The notes: generated by a model not told the origin, from the sequence alone. Numbered from the whole stretch's first letter, positions 49,364 to 62,926 are shown. The stretch: 62,926 bases of DNA, filler included, from Basidiobolus ranarum (GCA_040143965.1; 46 parts of 46 records of this genome joined end to end with filler, not necessarily neighbours in it); one strand, 5' to 3'. Made by a program: numbers and translations.

Positions 49364-50630
49364 TAATAGTATTGCATATGCCTCATTGGGTAGCCTCCAT
49401 TGATTTGACAAAATCTACAGCAAGATAGTGCATTGTGCGCACAAAAACCTCCAAGTTTACTGATGGCAGGAGTGTCACCAATACATACAATGATATTAGC
49501 TTTAATAAAATATTCACCCATCTGAACCCCGTTAGATCATGGTTCAAATTCCACAATCAAAGGCTGCAAGAAGCTATCTATGAGCACTGGTGATCTAGGT
49601 CCAGATTTGATGGATAGTATCAAGATATTATGACTCTTACACCATTCAGAAGGAGGAAGATTTATGTTGATAATAATTACTGGCCAGCAAGCCTTTCCAA
49701 CAGTATACTGTTTAGCAAGAAACCATCAAGAGCCAATGCAAAAGCATGATCATACATGTTCTGAAAGAAACCTTGACTTTTCAGATTTTGGTAGTGATAT
49801 CTATCAAGTATATTGGTAATGCCATCAGGTTTACAGTGAGTACTCAGGTATTGGATCTATGATCTATATTTGGGTGAACTCATCAAAACTTTAAGACAGG
49901 GAATCAATGGTATGTAAGCCAAATATGAACAATGTTTACCTGATTCAGTGATTGCCATTTGTGTGCAAACAGTAAATGACCTCATGTTTTTCAGATCATA
50001 GGTGAAAGCCAAACAACCATTTGGACTTGAAGGTAGTTTAATTACTGAATAATTATAAGTCATACAATAGATATGTTTTTTCCCTAGTACCAGATGTGTG
50101 GCAAGCAACAGTTGCCAATCAACTGTAGTTAAAGTATAAGAAAACCAATAAACACCTGGTTGCTAAGATTAGATTAAAGTCTCCACTTGTCAATAATTAA
50201 AGCTGCTTCCTTTACTGTAAGTGTTATGAGTGGACTAATGCTTGCCAATAACAGAGAGTCCATAACAAAACCATTGTCTTCTTCCTCAATTTCTGAAATA
50301 CAACCATCAGTACTGGAATAACCAAGGTCAACATCTAGCAGCATGTCTGCAAAGCTGTCTAGACTTACTGGTTTGGCGAAAGTTGCATTTCAATCTGCAT
50401 CATTCTGGTCATATAACTGCGGTAACTTCACTGCATCTTGACATTTGGCAGTGTTACAAAAACTTTGAGGCAAAGTACAATCAGTGAACTCCGTGGGCAA
50501 AACTACAGTTAATTTTATGAACTTATTACTGTAGATATTCACTACGCTTTGTGCAGCTGGTGGCCTTGTACAGTGACCATGCCTGTGATTATTTTTTCTA
50601 TGAAGCCTCTGGCTTTCATAGCACAAGATT
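49364..50630 (-). mobile_element. CACTA transposase N-terminal half, decayed
   Basis: Links the N-terminal Cys/His region to the Tnp2 core. Confidence 0.88.
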
Positions 50631-50730
50631 NNNNNNNNNNNNNNNNNNNNNNNNNNNNNNNNNNNNNNNNNNNNTTAATTAATTAANNNNNNNNNNNNNN
50701 NNNNNNNNNNNNNNNNNNNNNNNNNNNNNN

Positions 50731-51293
50731 GATAGCTCATGATGAGCCTACTCATCCTACTTTGACACCATCTCCCCACGAGACTAACTCAAATACACCC
50801 ATCCATGAATCCTCACCTATCCACAAACCCGAAGAGCCCGTTGAACACTCACCTAGTAAAACATCACATACCAAAGTGCCGACAGAACCGCCTAAGACAT
50901 TGACTAAAGTAACCACAATTATCGATCATGATGGCGTTGTAACAAAGCATTATACATTTATCAGCACCCCAACCCAGGATACCATTAATCTTTCCTCCAA
51001 TTCTCAAGGAGGGACCAGCAAAACAACAGGCATGGCTGTTGGGATTACTGTAGGAGTAGTTGTAGTATTGAGTGCTGTTGGAATCTGGATATTCCGTAAA
51101 TGGAAGCTATCGGTAACTATTGATTTCGATTGTTTGGTAAACTCTCATAAATTTACTAACGTATTGTTCGCACAACTAGCCTTCCAGAAACTTCAAAGCT
51201 AAATTACGCAACAATGACCACTTCCTACCGCCAACGCATTCCATCTTGGACACTGAATCGAATACTGTGTTTTTGCGCGAGTTAAACGATTAA
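50731..51293 (+). CDS. Ser/Thr/Pro-rich single-pass membrane protein (Mid2-like architecture); intron 51113-51179
   Basis: TM segment GMAVGITVGVVVVLSAVGIWIF followed by RKWK; splice gives PSRNFKAKL...FLRELND*. Confidence 0.7.
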
Positions 51294-52733
51294 CTCCCTC
51301 TATTATGTTCATTAAAATATAGAATTTAGAACTTAGATTTCGAATTTATTGCTTTTCTTTCGCTTCCTTCTTGTGAATATACTCTTTTTTAACTCTATCT
51401 TTTCGATCTCTTCTTCTATGTATCTTGCTTAATAAATTCCCTTTTGTTATGGTTATTTTCTCCAATACACCGTTTGAGAATTTAACCGACTCTATAATAC
51501 GCTATCTACACGAGTTATTCACCCAAAGATAATACTGCATCATTTGTAGCTTGAAATTCAATGGGATTCTATGATAATTCTTTTTCTTAGGGACGCCACC
51601 AAATTTGTGACCGCAATATCGGTCATTTTTATTTGCTCGAAATTCACTACTTTCTAACTTGGTGGATTCAATATTGGCTAACAATCACACCTGTATGCAC
51701 TCGCATCCGTGAGTAGTACGTATACCTGCCCTTTCCCATGAGCGATTTGCAACTATAAAATATACAGAATTTTGTTTAGCATGTAATCACAACATCTACC
51801 TAAACATCAAGTTGAATATATTCAACATGTCCGTTCAGTAAGTGGATAATTATCTCGATAATGCTCAGAGTTCCAACCAGTATAGCAGTTCTTACCTCAT
51901 CATTCAGATTATGTAAAATAGCATCTTTAGGTAGTTTGGTATGTCTTAGATTAGATATCCCAGATCAGACGATCAACAAGTATGTCGAGAAAATTATNNN
52001 NNNNNNNNNNNNNNNNNNNNNNNNNNNNNNNNNNNNNNNNNTTAATTAATTAANNNNNNNNNNNNNNNNNNNNNNNNNNNNNNNNNNNNNNNNNNNNTTA
52101 GTATTTAGTTATTCCATATTGAACCAAGATATCACCTCAAGAGGAATTTACTTCGAAGTTCGAAGATATAGATTTTGAAAACTTGTCCTAGAGGCCTCAA
52201 ACTTTGCACACATGTCCTTGGGACCTTCCTTAACACATTCTACACGTTTGTTTGTTTACCCAACTATAAATGTCAACTCAATAAATCAATAAGTGAAAAC
52301 CATCAATTCTTCCTAGTTCTCCAAACCACTTCCAACTGCTCTAAAAGGATAGTGACTCGTACATTGGCAGTTTCTACTACTACCAAGCAAATTGGAGTTG
52401 ATCTCCTTGATCAAATGAATTCCATAATATCTGAATCATATTAGTCATTTCGATATTTTTGCATGCGGTTCTAGAATAAACAATAATAATGAACAACTAC
52501 CTGCTACTGATATTGGGCAATTTATGGGAAATCAATGGTTCGATGATGATGATGGTAGACCCTACCAAAAAGCAATAATGGTGTGAAGAAAAGTGCTTTT
52601 GATTGGAGCTTTTAAAGAGAAAATACAGGTGGAAGAGTGTCAAAAATAGAAAGGGGAAATATATATGAGAAGGACTAATAAGAGGTCGAAGAATGTCCCG
52701 TAAAGATAGGTGGGTGATCGTCATTAAGTAATT

Positions 52734-53272
52734 ATGATCTAATGGGATGGTCGTATAAACCAGTTAGTCCCATAAAGTGCCAGAAGCTACGGGTCCCTCG
52801 AGCATATTCAAACAGGCTTATCAAGCTTTTGGTAACACTTTGTAGACTCCAAAGACCAATACGTTTCAAACGACGATTGCGCTCACGCTCATCTTGAACT
52901 AGTTGCGCAAATGCCTTTCCTACCTCTTCTGAGAGCGAGTCAACTAAACAACTATCATAGATTGTCCAGGACCCATCGAAATTAGACTGAAATTAACCAA
53001 AAGATGTTAGTACTAAAGCGGACGATAACTTCATCCAGGATGAATACTTACTAGGTCCAACTTCAACTGACACTTGATAGGGAGTCGGGGACGGTTGGCA
53101 TTCATATAGGCAACAATGGGACGAATTAAGGCATTGTTGAGGTAAGAGATATCTTGTGTTTGTAAAGGAACAGCGGCTTTGATGTTGTTAAAACGAAGAT
53201 CGAAATTCATGACCAAAGAGGCCTCAGAGTCCGAATCCAATGGGGTTTCGGAATGTTCCCTTCGGCCCCCAT
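52734..53272 (-). CDS. MDM31: Mitochondrial distribution and morphology protein 31/32, C-terminus with one intron
   Basis: SYLNNALIRPIVAYMN.NR..LPI.C / FDGSWTIYDS / RRLKRIGLWSLQ. Confidence 0.88.
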
Positions 53273-53335
53273 CTAATTGGATAAGGCATCAGACTTCTAA
53301 TCTGAGGATTGTGGGTTCGAGTCCCACCGGGGGTG
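53265..53335 (+). tRNA. tRNA-Arg(UCU) with a damaged 5'/D-stem region
   Basis: TCAGA-CTTCTAA-TCTGA anticodon arm; GTGGG-TTCGAGT-CCCAC T arm; about 3-4 nt missing before the D loop. Confidence 0.75.
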
Positions 53336-53464
53336 CATTTTGTACTTTTAGACAAAAGTTATCGNNNNNNNNNNNNNNNNNNNNNNNNNNNNNNNNNNNN
53401 NNNNNNNNTTAATTAATTAANNNNNNNNNNNNNNNNNNNNNNNNNNNNNNNNNNNNNNNNNNNN

Positions 53465-53699
53465 CGTCAAGCCCACCAAACCTACTGCCACTGGAAAGCC
53501 TACCAAGCCTACAGAAACCACTAAGCCTGGCAACGATGGTGACAGGCCTGGCCGTTGCTCTGGCTTTGAAACCAAATGTGTTAATCCCGGTGAATCACGC
53601 GAGTTCAAAGTATGCTCTAATGGATACGAGTATACTCAAAGTTGTGCTCCTGGAACTGTGTGTCGCGGTGGAATTAATCAAGTGACATGTGGTTATTAG
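53465..53699 (+). CDS. Secreted-type protein C-terminus: Pro/Thr/Lys linker and CBM19-like chitin-binding module
   Basis: KPTKPTATGKPTKPTETTKP...CSGFETKC...CSNG.....CAPGTVC...CGY*. Confidence 0.7.
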
Positions 53700-54831
53700 T
53701 TTAGAAACAATATACGAGTGACACTGTTTTATTATTAAATAAAATTATATTGCTCACGTTTCTGAAATACTCTGCTCTTGCAAGGCAATGTTATTAGCAA
53801 TACTCTTAAGCCAAGTTTATTTACCAAGACTAGGCTACATCTATTGATTTTCTGTCTTGGAACTTAATAGGGCTTGAATAATCACTCCGACGTGGCAAGA
53901 TATAAATATAGTCATGTTGGCAAAATCTGTAGCGTAAGCATTACTACATAGTGCAAAAGCGATTCTAAAATGAACCCTCAATTGAATAAGAAAGTAGCTC
54001 CGTACCATCAGTAGAAACATGGCCAGCTATAGTGAACGTGTAATAGTTAGTACGAGCTGATGTTAGACCAGTCAGTAGCTAACAGTTGAGTAAAACTATC
54101 TGCACCCCTACTATCCAGTTCTCGAAATATTTAAGTACATTTTAATACATTATGTCAGATACACCTGTGTTGTAATCACATGAGAATTCTAACTCCAGCG
54201 AGTGATCTCCTAGCTAAGGGATTTTTGCTGGAACTAGCTTTCAAGCATTAAAAGTAAGGATTTAATAAATATTAAACACCGATTATAGCACTTACTATAT
54301 TTGGGCAAAACTATGGAAGTGTGCATAAACGTTCATGTATCAAGTATGTAAAATGCCATTTTCCTCACAAATGGTCTGCCACTAACCAAAAACTACTAAC
54401 GAGATACTGGGACCGGAATACACTAGTTGTACTAACTTTGTTGTATTTTAGGTGGAACCAAGGCCCATAACTACCAAGGTGAAGACTAAATGGAGTGTAT
54501 TTTTATGCCATATATGTAGCATAGATTGCTTTGAAATATAAATGCAAGAACAATACCGGTATTTAATGCCAGATGGAGTTGTCAGAATTTCCACACTAGA
54601 CAAACGTCTGGATCGTATTAGTACTAAATTCAGTGAATCAATGTAACACAAAGGGTAGACTACCTAGCAGTTATCCATGCATTACACAGGGAACATTTTG
54701 TAAATCCTTCGCTCCATCATTATGAGCCACANNNNNNNNNNNNNNNNNNNNNNNNNNNNNNNNNNNNNNNNNNNNTTAATTAATTAANNNNNNNNNNNNN
54801 NNNNNNNNNNNNNNNNNNNNNNNNNNNNNNN

Positions 54832-55869
54832 ATATTGATCCTCAAATTTGGGATGTGTTATTCAATATCCAGCAATTTTGCAAAAATATAATTTTCAAAT
54901 GGCAAGTTACTGGGTTTACTGCTGTAGGAATTTGAAATAATATGCATGCCCTTATTTGGATATTTTAGGCTTTGTATTTTAGCCGTAATGAGAATCAAAA
55001 AATACAAGAATCTCATTTTGTTAAGTCTCTACATATGCACATATTTGACTGATTGGACATAACTCAACAACATCAATATGCTTTACCAGCAAACTAATGG
55101 TGAAAAATTTGCTAAACATGTGAAAATTTGAATAGCACTGACACTTGGCAAATTGCTGACTCTTGTTACCGTTACCATTTACAATGAGAATAAGCTCTTG
55201 AATGTTGGCAAGTTTCCATAAAGAAATTAGCTAACATGTCCCCAACTTGCAGTCAACAAATGTCCTGCCACAAGTGGATGTGTCATTGCTTGAATGGATT
55301 GCCCCTAGGTTAAAACAACAATACTGCATATCTCCATCTATCTCACCAAGAAGTCTGTCTTGCAGCTTTCCAAAAAATATTGTCAGATTAGCACAAAAGC
55401 AAATTAGTCCAATTATACAGGTACTTACTCTATGTCCATGGATTGGGCTTTGTTGCTGTAATTGTGCTCAAACAATGCAAAAACCTGTGAGCACATTGAA
55501 AAGAGCCCTTTATTGGCAGCTTTATATACTCTGGAATCTCCTTAACCTATCACATTACATCCATAACTAATTTTGCAGATACATTGTTCATCAGATTAGC
55601 ATACAGTAATAATGACAATTTCACACAGAGCATCATTTCACCACTGGTGTGCTCCATTGGGACCTCCCAGAATGTATAGCAAGGCCCTATAAACTCCAAG
55701 CATTGTGAAAGATGAAGCAGGGAATATATTAAATAGCAGTATAGAGTCAGTCTATCTTCTTTAAACCTGTAATAAAGTTTTTCATATCCAATTACACAAT
55801 CTGTGCACAGTGGCTGTATCTGCCTGAGATCTGCCAATGTGAGTTGATGCCATAAGAATTTATTAACAA
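54832..55869 (-). mobile_element. CACTA transposase 3' half
   Basis: YSLLHLSQCLEFIGPCYTFWEVPME. Confidence 0.88.
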
Positions 55870-56097
55870 TAGACTTGTTCCATTTTATTAAGCCAGATCA
55901 GGCCAGCTAAAAAGTGTGCCAGCACAAATTGGCATGATTGGGCACTATCCAGCTCGATGTTATTTACTATTTTTGAAACAGTTTATTTTACTTTTGTGGT
56001 ATGTTTGAGAAAAGTACTTTTAGACATTATTGCACATTCAAAAGATAATGAAAGCTCTATTCATAGTGTCTTAAGTCTAGAGCTCTCAATGGATATC
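55870..56097 (+). mobile_element. Left end of the TAG-TIR element inserted in CACTA
   Basis: TAGACTTGTTCCATTTTATT. Confidence 0.65.
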
Positions 56098-56197
56098 NNN
56101 NNNNNNNNNNNNNNNNNNNNNNNNNNNNNNNNNNNNNNNNNTTAATTAATTAANNNNNNNNNNNNNNNNNNNNNNNNNNNNNNNNNNNNNNNNNNNN

Positions 56198-57463
56198 TTG
56201 GTGAGATAGATGGAGATATGCAGTATTATTGTTTTAGCCATGGGGTAATCTATTTAAGCAATGACACATCTACTTGTGGCAGGACATTTGTTGACTGCAA
56301 GTTGGGGACATATTGGCTGATTTCTTTATGGATATTTGCCAAAATCCAAGAGCTAAATCACATTCTGAATGGCAACAAGAGGCAGCTATTTGCCAAGTAG
56401 CAGTGCTATTCACAATTTGAGATGTTAAGAAATTTTTCCACTATTAGTCTGCAGGTAAAGTATATTGATGTTGTTGAGTTATGTCTGATCAGTCATGTAT
56501 GTGCTTATGTAGAGACTAAACACAATGAGATTGTTGTACTTTTTGACTCTCAATATGGCTGGAATACACAGCCAAAGATATCTAAATAAAGGCATGAATA
56601 CTAACTCAAGCTCCTACATTAGTAAACCCAGTTATTTGCCATTTGAAAATTATATTTTTGTGAAAAATGCCTAAAATTAATAATGCATGCTAACTATGAG
56701 AATCAATATTTTGACATGTATGAATGCTGTCTAAATACTGATAAGAGACTGCTGTCACACCATTAACACCCCTGGCAGAGTGCAAGTCACCAATATTGTG
56801 ATAGTTCTCTGACAGTTTTATGCTTTAGAAGGGTGGATCCAATCCAGATGAAATCAATTTTATTTTTGTTAGGACCAGTCAAGTATGGGCATATATAGAG
56901 GCTAAACACAACAAGATTTTTGTATTTTTTGATTCTCATTATGGCTGGAATACAAAGCCAAAAATATCTAAATAAAGGCATACATATTAATTTAAATTTT
57001 TACAGGAGTAAACCCAGTAATTTGCCATTCAGAAATTGTTTTTGGCAAAAGTTACCAGAAATTGATAGCATATGCCATATAGGAGGATCAAAACTTTAAC
57101 ATGTGTGAATGCCATCAAAATACCATAAAGAAACCACCATCACACCAGCACAATCCCTGCCACAATGCAAGCTGCCAATATTGTGATAGTTTTCTCACAG
57201 TTTTGCAATTTATAAGGATGAATCCAATCTGGATCAAATTGATATTAATTTTGTTAGGGAGAGTAAACTACATTGCTTTGACAAAATCTACTGCAAGATA
57301 GTGCATTGTGCCCACAAAAACCTCCAAGTTTACTGATGGCAGGAGTGTCACAAATACATACAATGATATTAGCTTTAATAAAATATTCACCCATCTGAAC
57401 CCCATTAGATAACCGTTCAAATTCTGCAATCAAAGGCTCCAAGAAGCTATCTATAAGCACTGG
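56198..57463. mobile_element. Two CACTA right ends (~56874, 57259) nested in tandem, then an inverted transposase piece
   Basis: GTTAGGA and GTTAGGG junctions. Confidence 0.85.
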
Positions 57464-57563
57464 NNNNNNNNNNNNNNNNNNNNNNNNNNNNNNNNNNNNN
57501 NNNNNNNTTAATTAATTAANNNNNNNNNNNNNNNNNNNNNNNNNNNNNNNNNNNNNNNNNNNN

Positions 57564-58289
57564 TCATACAGAGTCACTTAACTTATATCTTTTCTATACA
57601 ACTTGCATTATAGCTGTTTGGTGTATCATTATTGCTGACTAGTCACCTGACCTCATCCAGTGACTTTATCATGTGACCTATCACCTGGCTAACTATTTAT
57701 TTGCTCATCACTTCTTTCAGATCATAACACCAATCACATGCTCATTATTCAAACAGTATTAACCATCAAGTCATCTGCCTAGACACAAGTCAATATGAGT
57801 CACACAATTCATAACCAATGATCTTTCACTGCCAAGACTTCAGCTGTTGCACAACTCACTAATCTATCTATATATCTATCCAATTGCATTACCTTTTATC
57901 AGAATTAGTCATCTAATATCCTGGTGCTGACTAATTTACAATGCTATCAAAAAGTATAAATAAAGCTAACTGACCCTTTTGGTTTAGTGTGTTTCTCAAC
58001 AAATATAGGATCTCACACTTCTCAGTGTTTCTCAACAAAGTCAATATTCCCCTCTCATTTCTTTCCAAGCCTAGTATTCACTAGCACCTGCAGAACACCA
58101 AGCCTAGCTGCCTAGCAAACCTACTCTCTACCATAACATAGCAACCCACTGCTATTCCGAAGACATATATTAGTTAGATCTGCTCTGCTTATATATCCTG
58201 CTCAAACAGTTCTAAGATTCTGCACTTAACTGTTGCTTTGGTTCAGTAAAGTTCCAGACTTTTTATCCACTTTTCTCTTGTACACAACA
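57564..58289 (+). mobile_element. LTR family D, 3' portion
   Basis: Shares sequence with 36860-36946; ends GTACACAACA. Confidence 0.55.
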
Positions 58290-58929
58290 CTCAGTCTGAT
58301 CAATGCAGTTATTAATAAAGATTAGACTTGCTCCATTGGACTATCATTTTTAGATCAGCAAATTATTCATCCAATCATGTAAGCTTCTAATTGGGTGAGA
58401 ATGTGAAATGGATTGAGCCATATCAAGCCAATACAGCTGCACAAGCTTTTTATTGACAGACATTTTTCATTCAATTGTAGTGAAATTGCTTGTATTAGTA
58501 GGCTATCATTGATTTTTTTGATATATGACAATTTCATGCTATCAGTGTTTCATAAAGACATAGGCAATTGTGATCCAACTAAAGCAATTTATGCTATATT
58601 TAACTGCAATCCATATTGATTTTGCATGATGTGCTAAACAGGAAAGATAGAACAATGTAAGTATTAACAAGAGTATTCAGTAGTTGCCTAGGTTTGAAGC
58701 AGTATTTGCTGATTTGCTTCTGTTACTTTTGTTGTCCCCTTGATATTTCCACAGAAGGAACTTTGTTTGAACCTCAGCACTGAGTTGGTTGATTTCATCC
58801 TGCTAAAGTTCCTCTACCTTGGCCAGCATNNNNNNNNNNNNNNNNNNNNNNNNNNNNNNNNNNNNNNNNNNNNTTAATTAATTAANNNNNNNNNNNNNNN
58901 NNNNNNNNNNNNNNNNNNNNNNNNNNNNN

Positions 58930-60195
58930 CTGCACAAATCCTGGTGAATATCAACATTAATAAGTACTCAAAATTGACTCTAATTTTTGCCTACTGAGTC
59001 CACTGACTGTACTTTGCCTCAAAGTTTTGGTAACACTGCCAAAAGTCAAGATACAGTGGAGTTACCACAGTTATATGACTGGAATGATGTAGGTAGAAAT
59101 GCAACTTTGGTCAAAGTAGTAAGTCCCAAAAACTTTGAGGACTTCCTGCTAGATGTTGACCTTGTTATTCCAGTACTGATGGTAGTATATCAGAAGTTGA
59201 AGAAGAAAACAATGGTTTTGTCAAAGACTCTTTGTTATTGGCAAACATAAGTCCACTCATAACACTTACTGTAAAGGTAGCAGCTTTGATTATTGAGAGT
59301 TTAATCCAATCTTAGCAATGTAGAAATTAGGTAAACAGCAACTCATTATTTAGTAGTTAGTTTACTCAGATTCTGATTATTTAGCACACAATTCTGTCAT
59401 TGAAAAACATGTGTCTATTACTCTAATTGATGGAAATTGCAATCAGATCACTTTTACCAATTTTCACTATTTTCTCAAAACTTCTCCACATCACCTCAAA
59501 TTTTCACCCATGCCTGACAGGAATGTTTGTTATGATCTAGGCACATCCAATAGTTCTATTTCATAGTAAACTACAAATAGGACATATTCAATTCAATAAA
59601 ACTTAAGTGTCTAATTCACAAATCTAAATCTTGTCTAAAACACTTTGGAGTACCCTCAACACTTTTTTTGGGTTATAGCCCCAATCTTGCTGTTAAAAGA
59701 ATGTCTACCAGTACTATCATTAATGTTTTAGCAATCATAATTCAGGCACATACAATCAGCCAACAATATCCAACATGCTTGGAAAATTCTTTAGGGACTA
59801 TATGAGTCTAAAAGTCTGGCTATAGGCTACATCTTGGGCAACAGTTATTCTCAATTCATATCAATTCTGATGATTCTAGGATTAATCATATAAATTGGAT
59901 GAATACTATGGCAAATTAGAACTCATCATTGGAGCACCTATAAATGAAGATGACTTAGTTGTGACACTACTTGGGAGCCTGCCAAATGAGTTAGGGAACC
60001 TCATAGTTGCCCTAAAATCAAGATTGGTGCCATTAACAATGGAATATGTTGGTGCTAAGCTTTTGAATGAGGAATTAAGGAGATCTAATTCTCAGTAAAA
60101 TTATGCAGAACAGGATTTTTTGAAGTTGTAAAACTTTCAACAGGCTTCAATAATGGTGCCCCTAATAGGAAATCAATCATCAGCATATATTGCAA
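58930..60195 (+). mobile_element. CACTA transposase N-terminus (to 59318) interrupted by copia LTR C (59319-~59669), PBS and gag
   Basis: Matches 1605-2650. Confidence 0.85.
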
Positions 60196-60295
60196 NNNNN
60201 NNNNNNNNNNNNNNNNNNNNNNNNNNNNNNNNNNNNNNNTTAATTAATTAANNNNNNNNNNNNNNNNNNNNNNNNNNNNNNNNNNNNNNNNNNNN

Positions 60296-61561
60296 ATGAT
60301 GACAAAAATCAATTTTCTCCTGATCCAATCAGTCAAATTGATTCAAACTAAAACAATTGAGAAAACAGCATTCTTGTGGACCCTTCTACCAGAATTTTGC
60401 CTACTGAAGTGCCCAATTCAATGCCAGAAGTTTTAGTACCTTTATCCCAAATGAGGAGATCAAATTGGATCCAAAATAGCCCTAATTACTATATTAATGA
60501 GTCCCAAAATTTGGCCTATGCCTGCACAGCGGAAATATGTGAACCCCAGACTGTAAAAGAGGCCCTGAATGACCCTCACACAAAATGTTGGAGATCTGCA
60601 ATGGCTGATGAGTACCAGGCTTTATTTGATATTCAAACTTGGATTCTAACCAACTTATCTGATGATAGAAAATCAATTGGCTGCTGATGGGTGTTTAAAG
60701 TTAAATACAACTCTGATGGAAATATAGAAAGGTACAAGGCTAGACTAGTAGCCAAATGCTATTCCCTAACACCAGGAATAGATTATTTAGAAACTTTTGC
60801 TCCTGTAGGAAAGTTTAATTTAATCAGAATGATTTTAGCAAATTCAGCAAAATTCAATTTATTTTACATCAAATGGATGTTAAAACTTCCTTTTTGAATG
60901 AGGAGCTTGCTGAGGAGATCTATATAGACCAGCCAGATGTATTTGTGGATTCAGAAAACCCTAAAAAAGTTTGCAGTCTCTGGAAAACACTCCATGGCTT
61001 AAAACAATCTCCAAGAGCTTGGAATAGCAAGATAGACACTTTTTTAGAAATACTCAAATTCCAAATGAGTAATGCTGACTATAATATCAACTTCAGGCCA
61101 GATAAGACAAACCCAGTTTTAGTAGCCTTATATGTAGATGATCTTATTATAGCAACTAATGCCTTGAAGACTTTGGAGAAAACTAAATCCAGCTTATGTG
61201 CCAAATTCAAAATGACTGATCTTGGTGAACTGACATACTCTTGTAATCCAAATTAAGATAGATAGAACTACCAAAACAATAACTTTAACCAAGTCTGAGT
61301 ATATTGTAGATATACTAAAGAAGTTTGGAATGGAAGAAAATAATCCAGTATCTACCCTAATGGAGACAAATCTTAAGTTGACCAAAAATGGCTCAAATCA
61401 GATGTTCTTGGATTCAAATGAAATCCAGAAAAGTCCTTTTCAGTCTATGGTTGGTAGTTTAATGTATATCATGGTTGGAACATGGCCAGATATTGCATAT
61501 TCTGTGGGAGTTATGTGCCAATATCTTCAAAATTCTGGATCTGATCAAATCATAGCAGTTA
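60296..61561 (+). mobile_element. Ty1/copia reverse transcriptase, decayed
   Basis: [38 protein letters not shown]. Confidence 0.92.
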
Positions 61562-61661
61562 NNNNNNNNNNNNNNNNNNNNNNNNNNNNNNNNNNNNNNN
61601 NNNNNTTAATTAATTAANNNNNNNNNNNNNNNNNNNNNNNNNNNNNNNNNNNNNNNNNNNN

Positions 61662-62173
61662 GCAATCCTATCACTACTATCATATTGCAGATTGATCCAT
61701 CATTGAGTGCTATGATTTGTCACCAGTGTGCCAAAACTATTGGTGTTTTGTAATGCAGGAGCTGTTGTGCCCAATTGAAAATCAGGATACTGTGTTAGTG
61801 AGGGACAAATGATTGGCCTAAAAACATGTGAATCTCTTGGTTATATATTTGATTGGGTAGGTTGCAGTATAAATTGTTTATAGTTACACATTCAGTAATT
61901 TGTAAGTTACAAACTAGGGGATGAACTTACTTTGTCAGTTACCCAAAATTGTTATTTGGCAATACTAAATCAGGTAACTTGGTATGGGCTGGCACAATAT
62001 CTCCAATAAAATCTTTGTGTCCAATTATGGTGGGATAGTGCCATATTGTTCCTTATAGTGTCCAATTGAGTGTTATAGGACCCAGCCATGGTAATTGACA
62101 GATTGTGCCAGATGGTGTACTAGCAGGCTGGATTGAGCGGCACAATCTGACCTGGTCCAATGGAACAAGTCTA
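61662..62173 (+). mobile_element. Right end of the TAG-TIR element
   Basis: Ends CCAATGGAACAAGTCTA; same end at 5500-5525. Confidence 0.6.
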
Positions 62174-62745
62174 GTATATCAAAGAGACTAGGGATTTTGA
62201 AGGTGACAAATTAGCATTCAAGTGGTAATTGTGTAAAATTTGAGTTATGTTTTTTGCACATGTGTTCATCAATAGTTTTCTGATATTTTAGCCAATCATG
62301 CACAACTATTTTGCAAGATCTTGACATTTCACTCCTGAAACTGAAAAAATGGATTATGATTAAATCTAACTTGATTATTTGATGATGGTAAATAAATGGT
62401 CATCCCAAATGGATTAAAATTATGATGGTTTTCCTACAATAACAATCATCAAATTTCTGTTAGGGAGTACTCACTGTAAAGCTGATGGTATTACAGATAT
62501 ACTTGATGGATATCACTACCAGAATCTGAAAAGTCAAGTTTTCTTTGAGAACATGTATGATCATGCGTTTGCATTGGCTCTGGATTATTTCTCACTAAAC
62601 AAATATACCATTGGCAAGGCTTGCTAGCCAATAATTTTAATCAACTTAAATCTTCCTCCTTCTCTTGGGTATAAGAGTCATAATATTTTGATACAATCCA
62701 ACATATCTGGACCTAAATTACCAGTGCTTATAGATTGCTTCTTGG
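62174..62745. mobile_element. CACTA left end (terminus 62465) nested in a transposase core
   Basis: TTCTGTTAGGG junction. Confidence 0.85.
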
Positions 62746-62926
62746 TGTTGAAGTTTATTGTCTTTATCATATTTGTTATCTCTATCTTTATACACCTAAC
62801 TATTTCATGTATCAAATATAAGTTAGTTAACATTACTTAGTCAAATATCACTTGGCTGAAAATTGGAACATATATTATATATATATGTGAATTATGTGAG
62901 AATTAGCAATTACATATTGGAAATTT

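Noticed and set aside
58330-58829. Possible MULE-like transposase remnant on the minus strand
   Set aside because: Only a vague motif (LVQLYW) among many stops; not supportable without a search

Overview
This window is not contiguous DNA. It is 46 short unplaced contigs (about 1265-1275 bp each, sorted by decreasing length) joined by an artificial 100-bp spacer (N44-TTAATTAATTAA-N44, stops in all six frames), so adjacency is meaningful only within a contig. The source is an intron-rich, AT-rich fungus, probably early-diverging (inferred from gene style; not assignable here). About two thirds of the contigs are decayed, nested transposons: a CACTA/CMC (Tnp2-type) family with CCCTAACA termini and a divergent second ORF, Ty1/copia and Ty3/gypsy LTR elements, LINEs, an unclassified TAGACTTGTTCCATT-TIR element and an ~83-bp satellite. 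Host gene fragments are CDK1, Nup170/155, Nup159/214, PMC1-type Ca2+-ATPase, MDM31, two convergent uricases, a CBM19 protein, a single-pass membrane protein, an Ett1/Nro1-like protein and a decayed A-T-TE NRPS-like gene. One contig is mitochondrial (nad5 start, tRNA-CAU, G/C-run hairpin clusters). The best finding is at 46628-47420: two tandem units of a Pol III-type tRNA-like leader fused to a box C/D snoRNA (snR38 homologue, guide for the LSU rRNA peptidyl-transferase G2815 equivalent) ending at an oligo-T terminator, i.e. a candidate dicistronic tRNA(-like)-snoRNA gene in a fungus.
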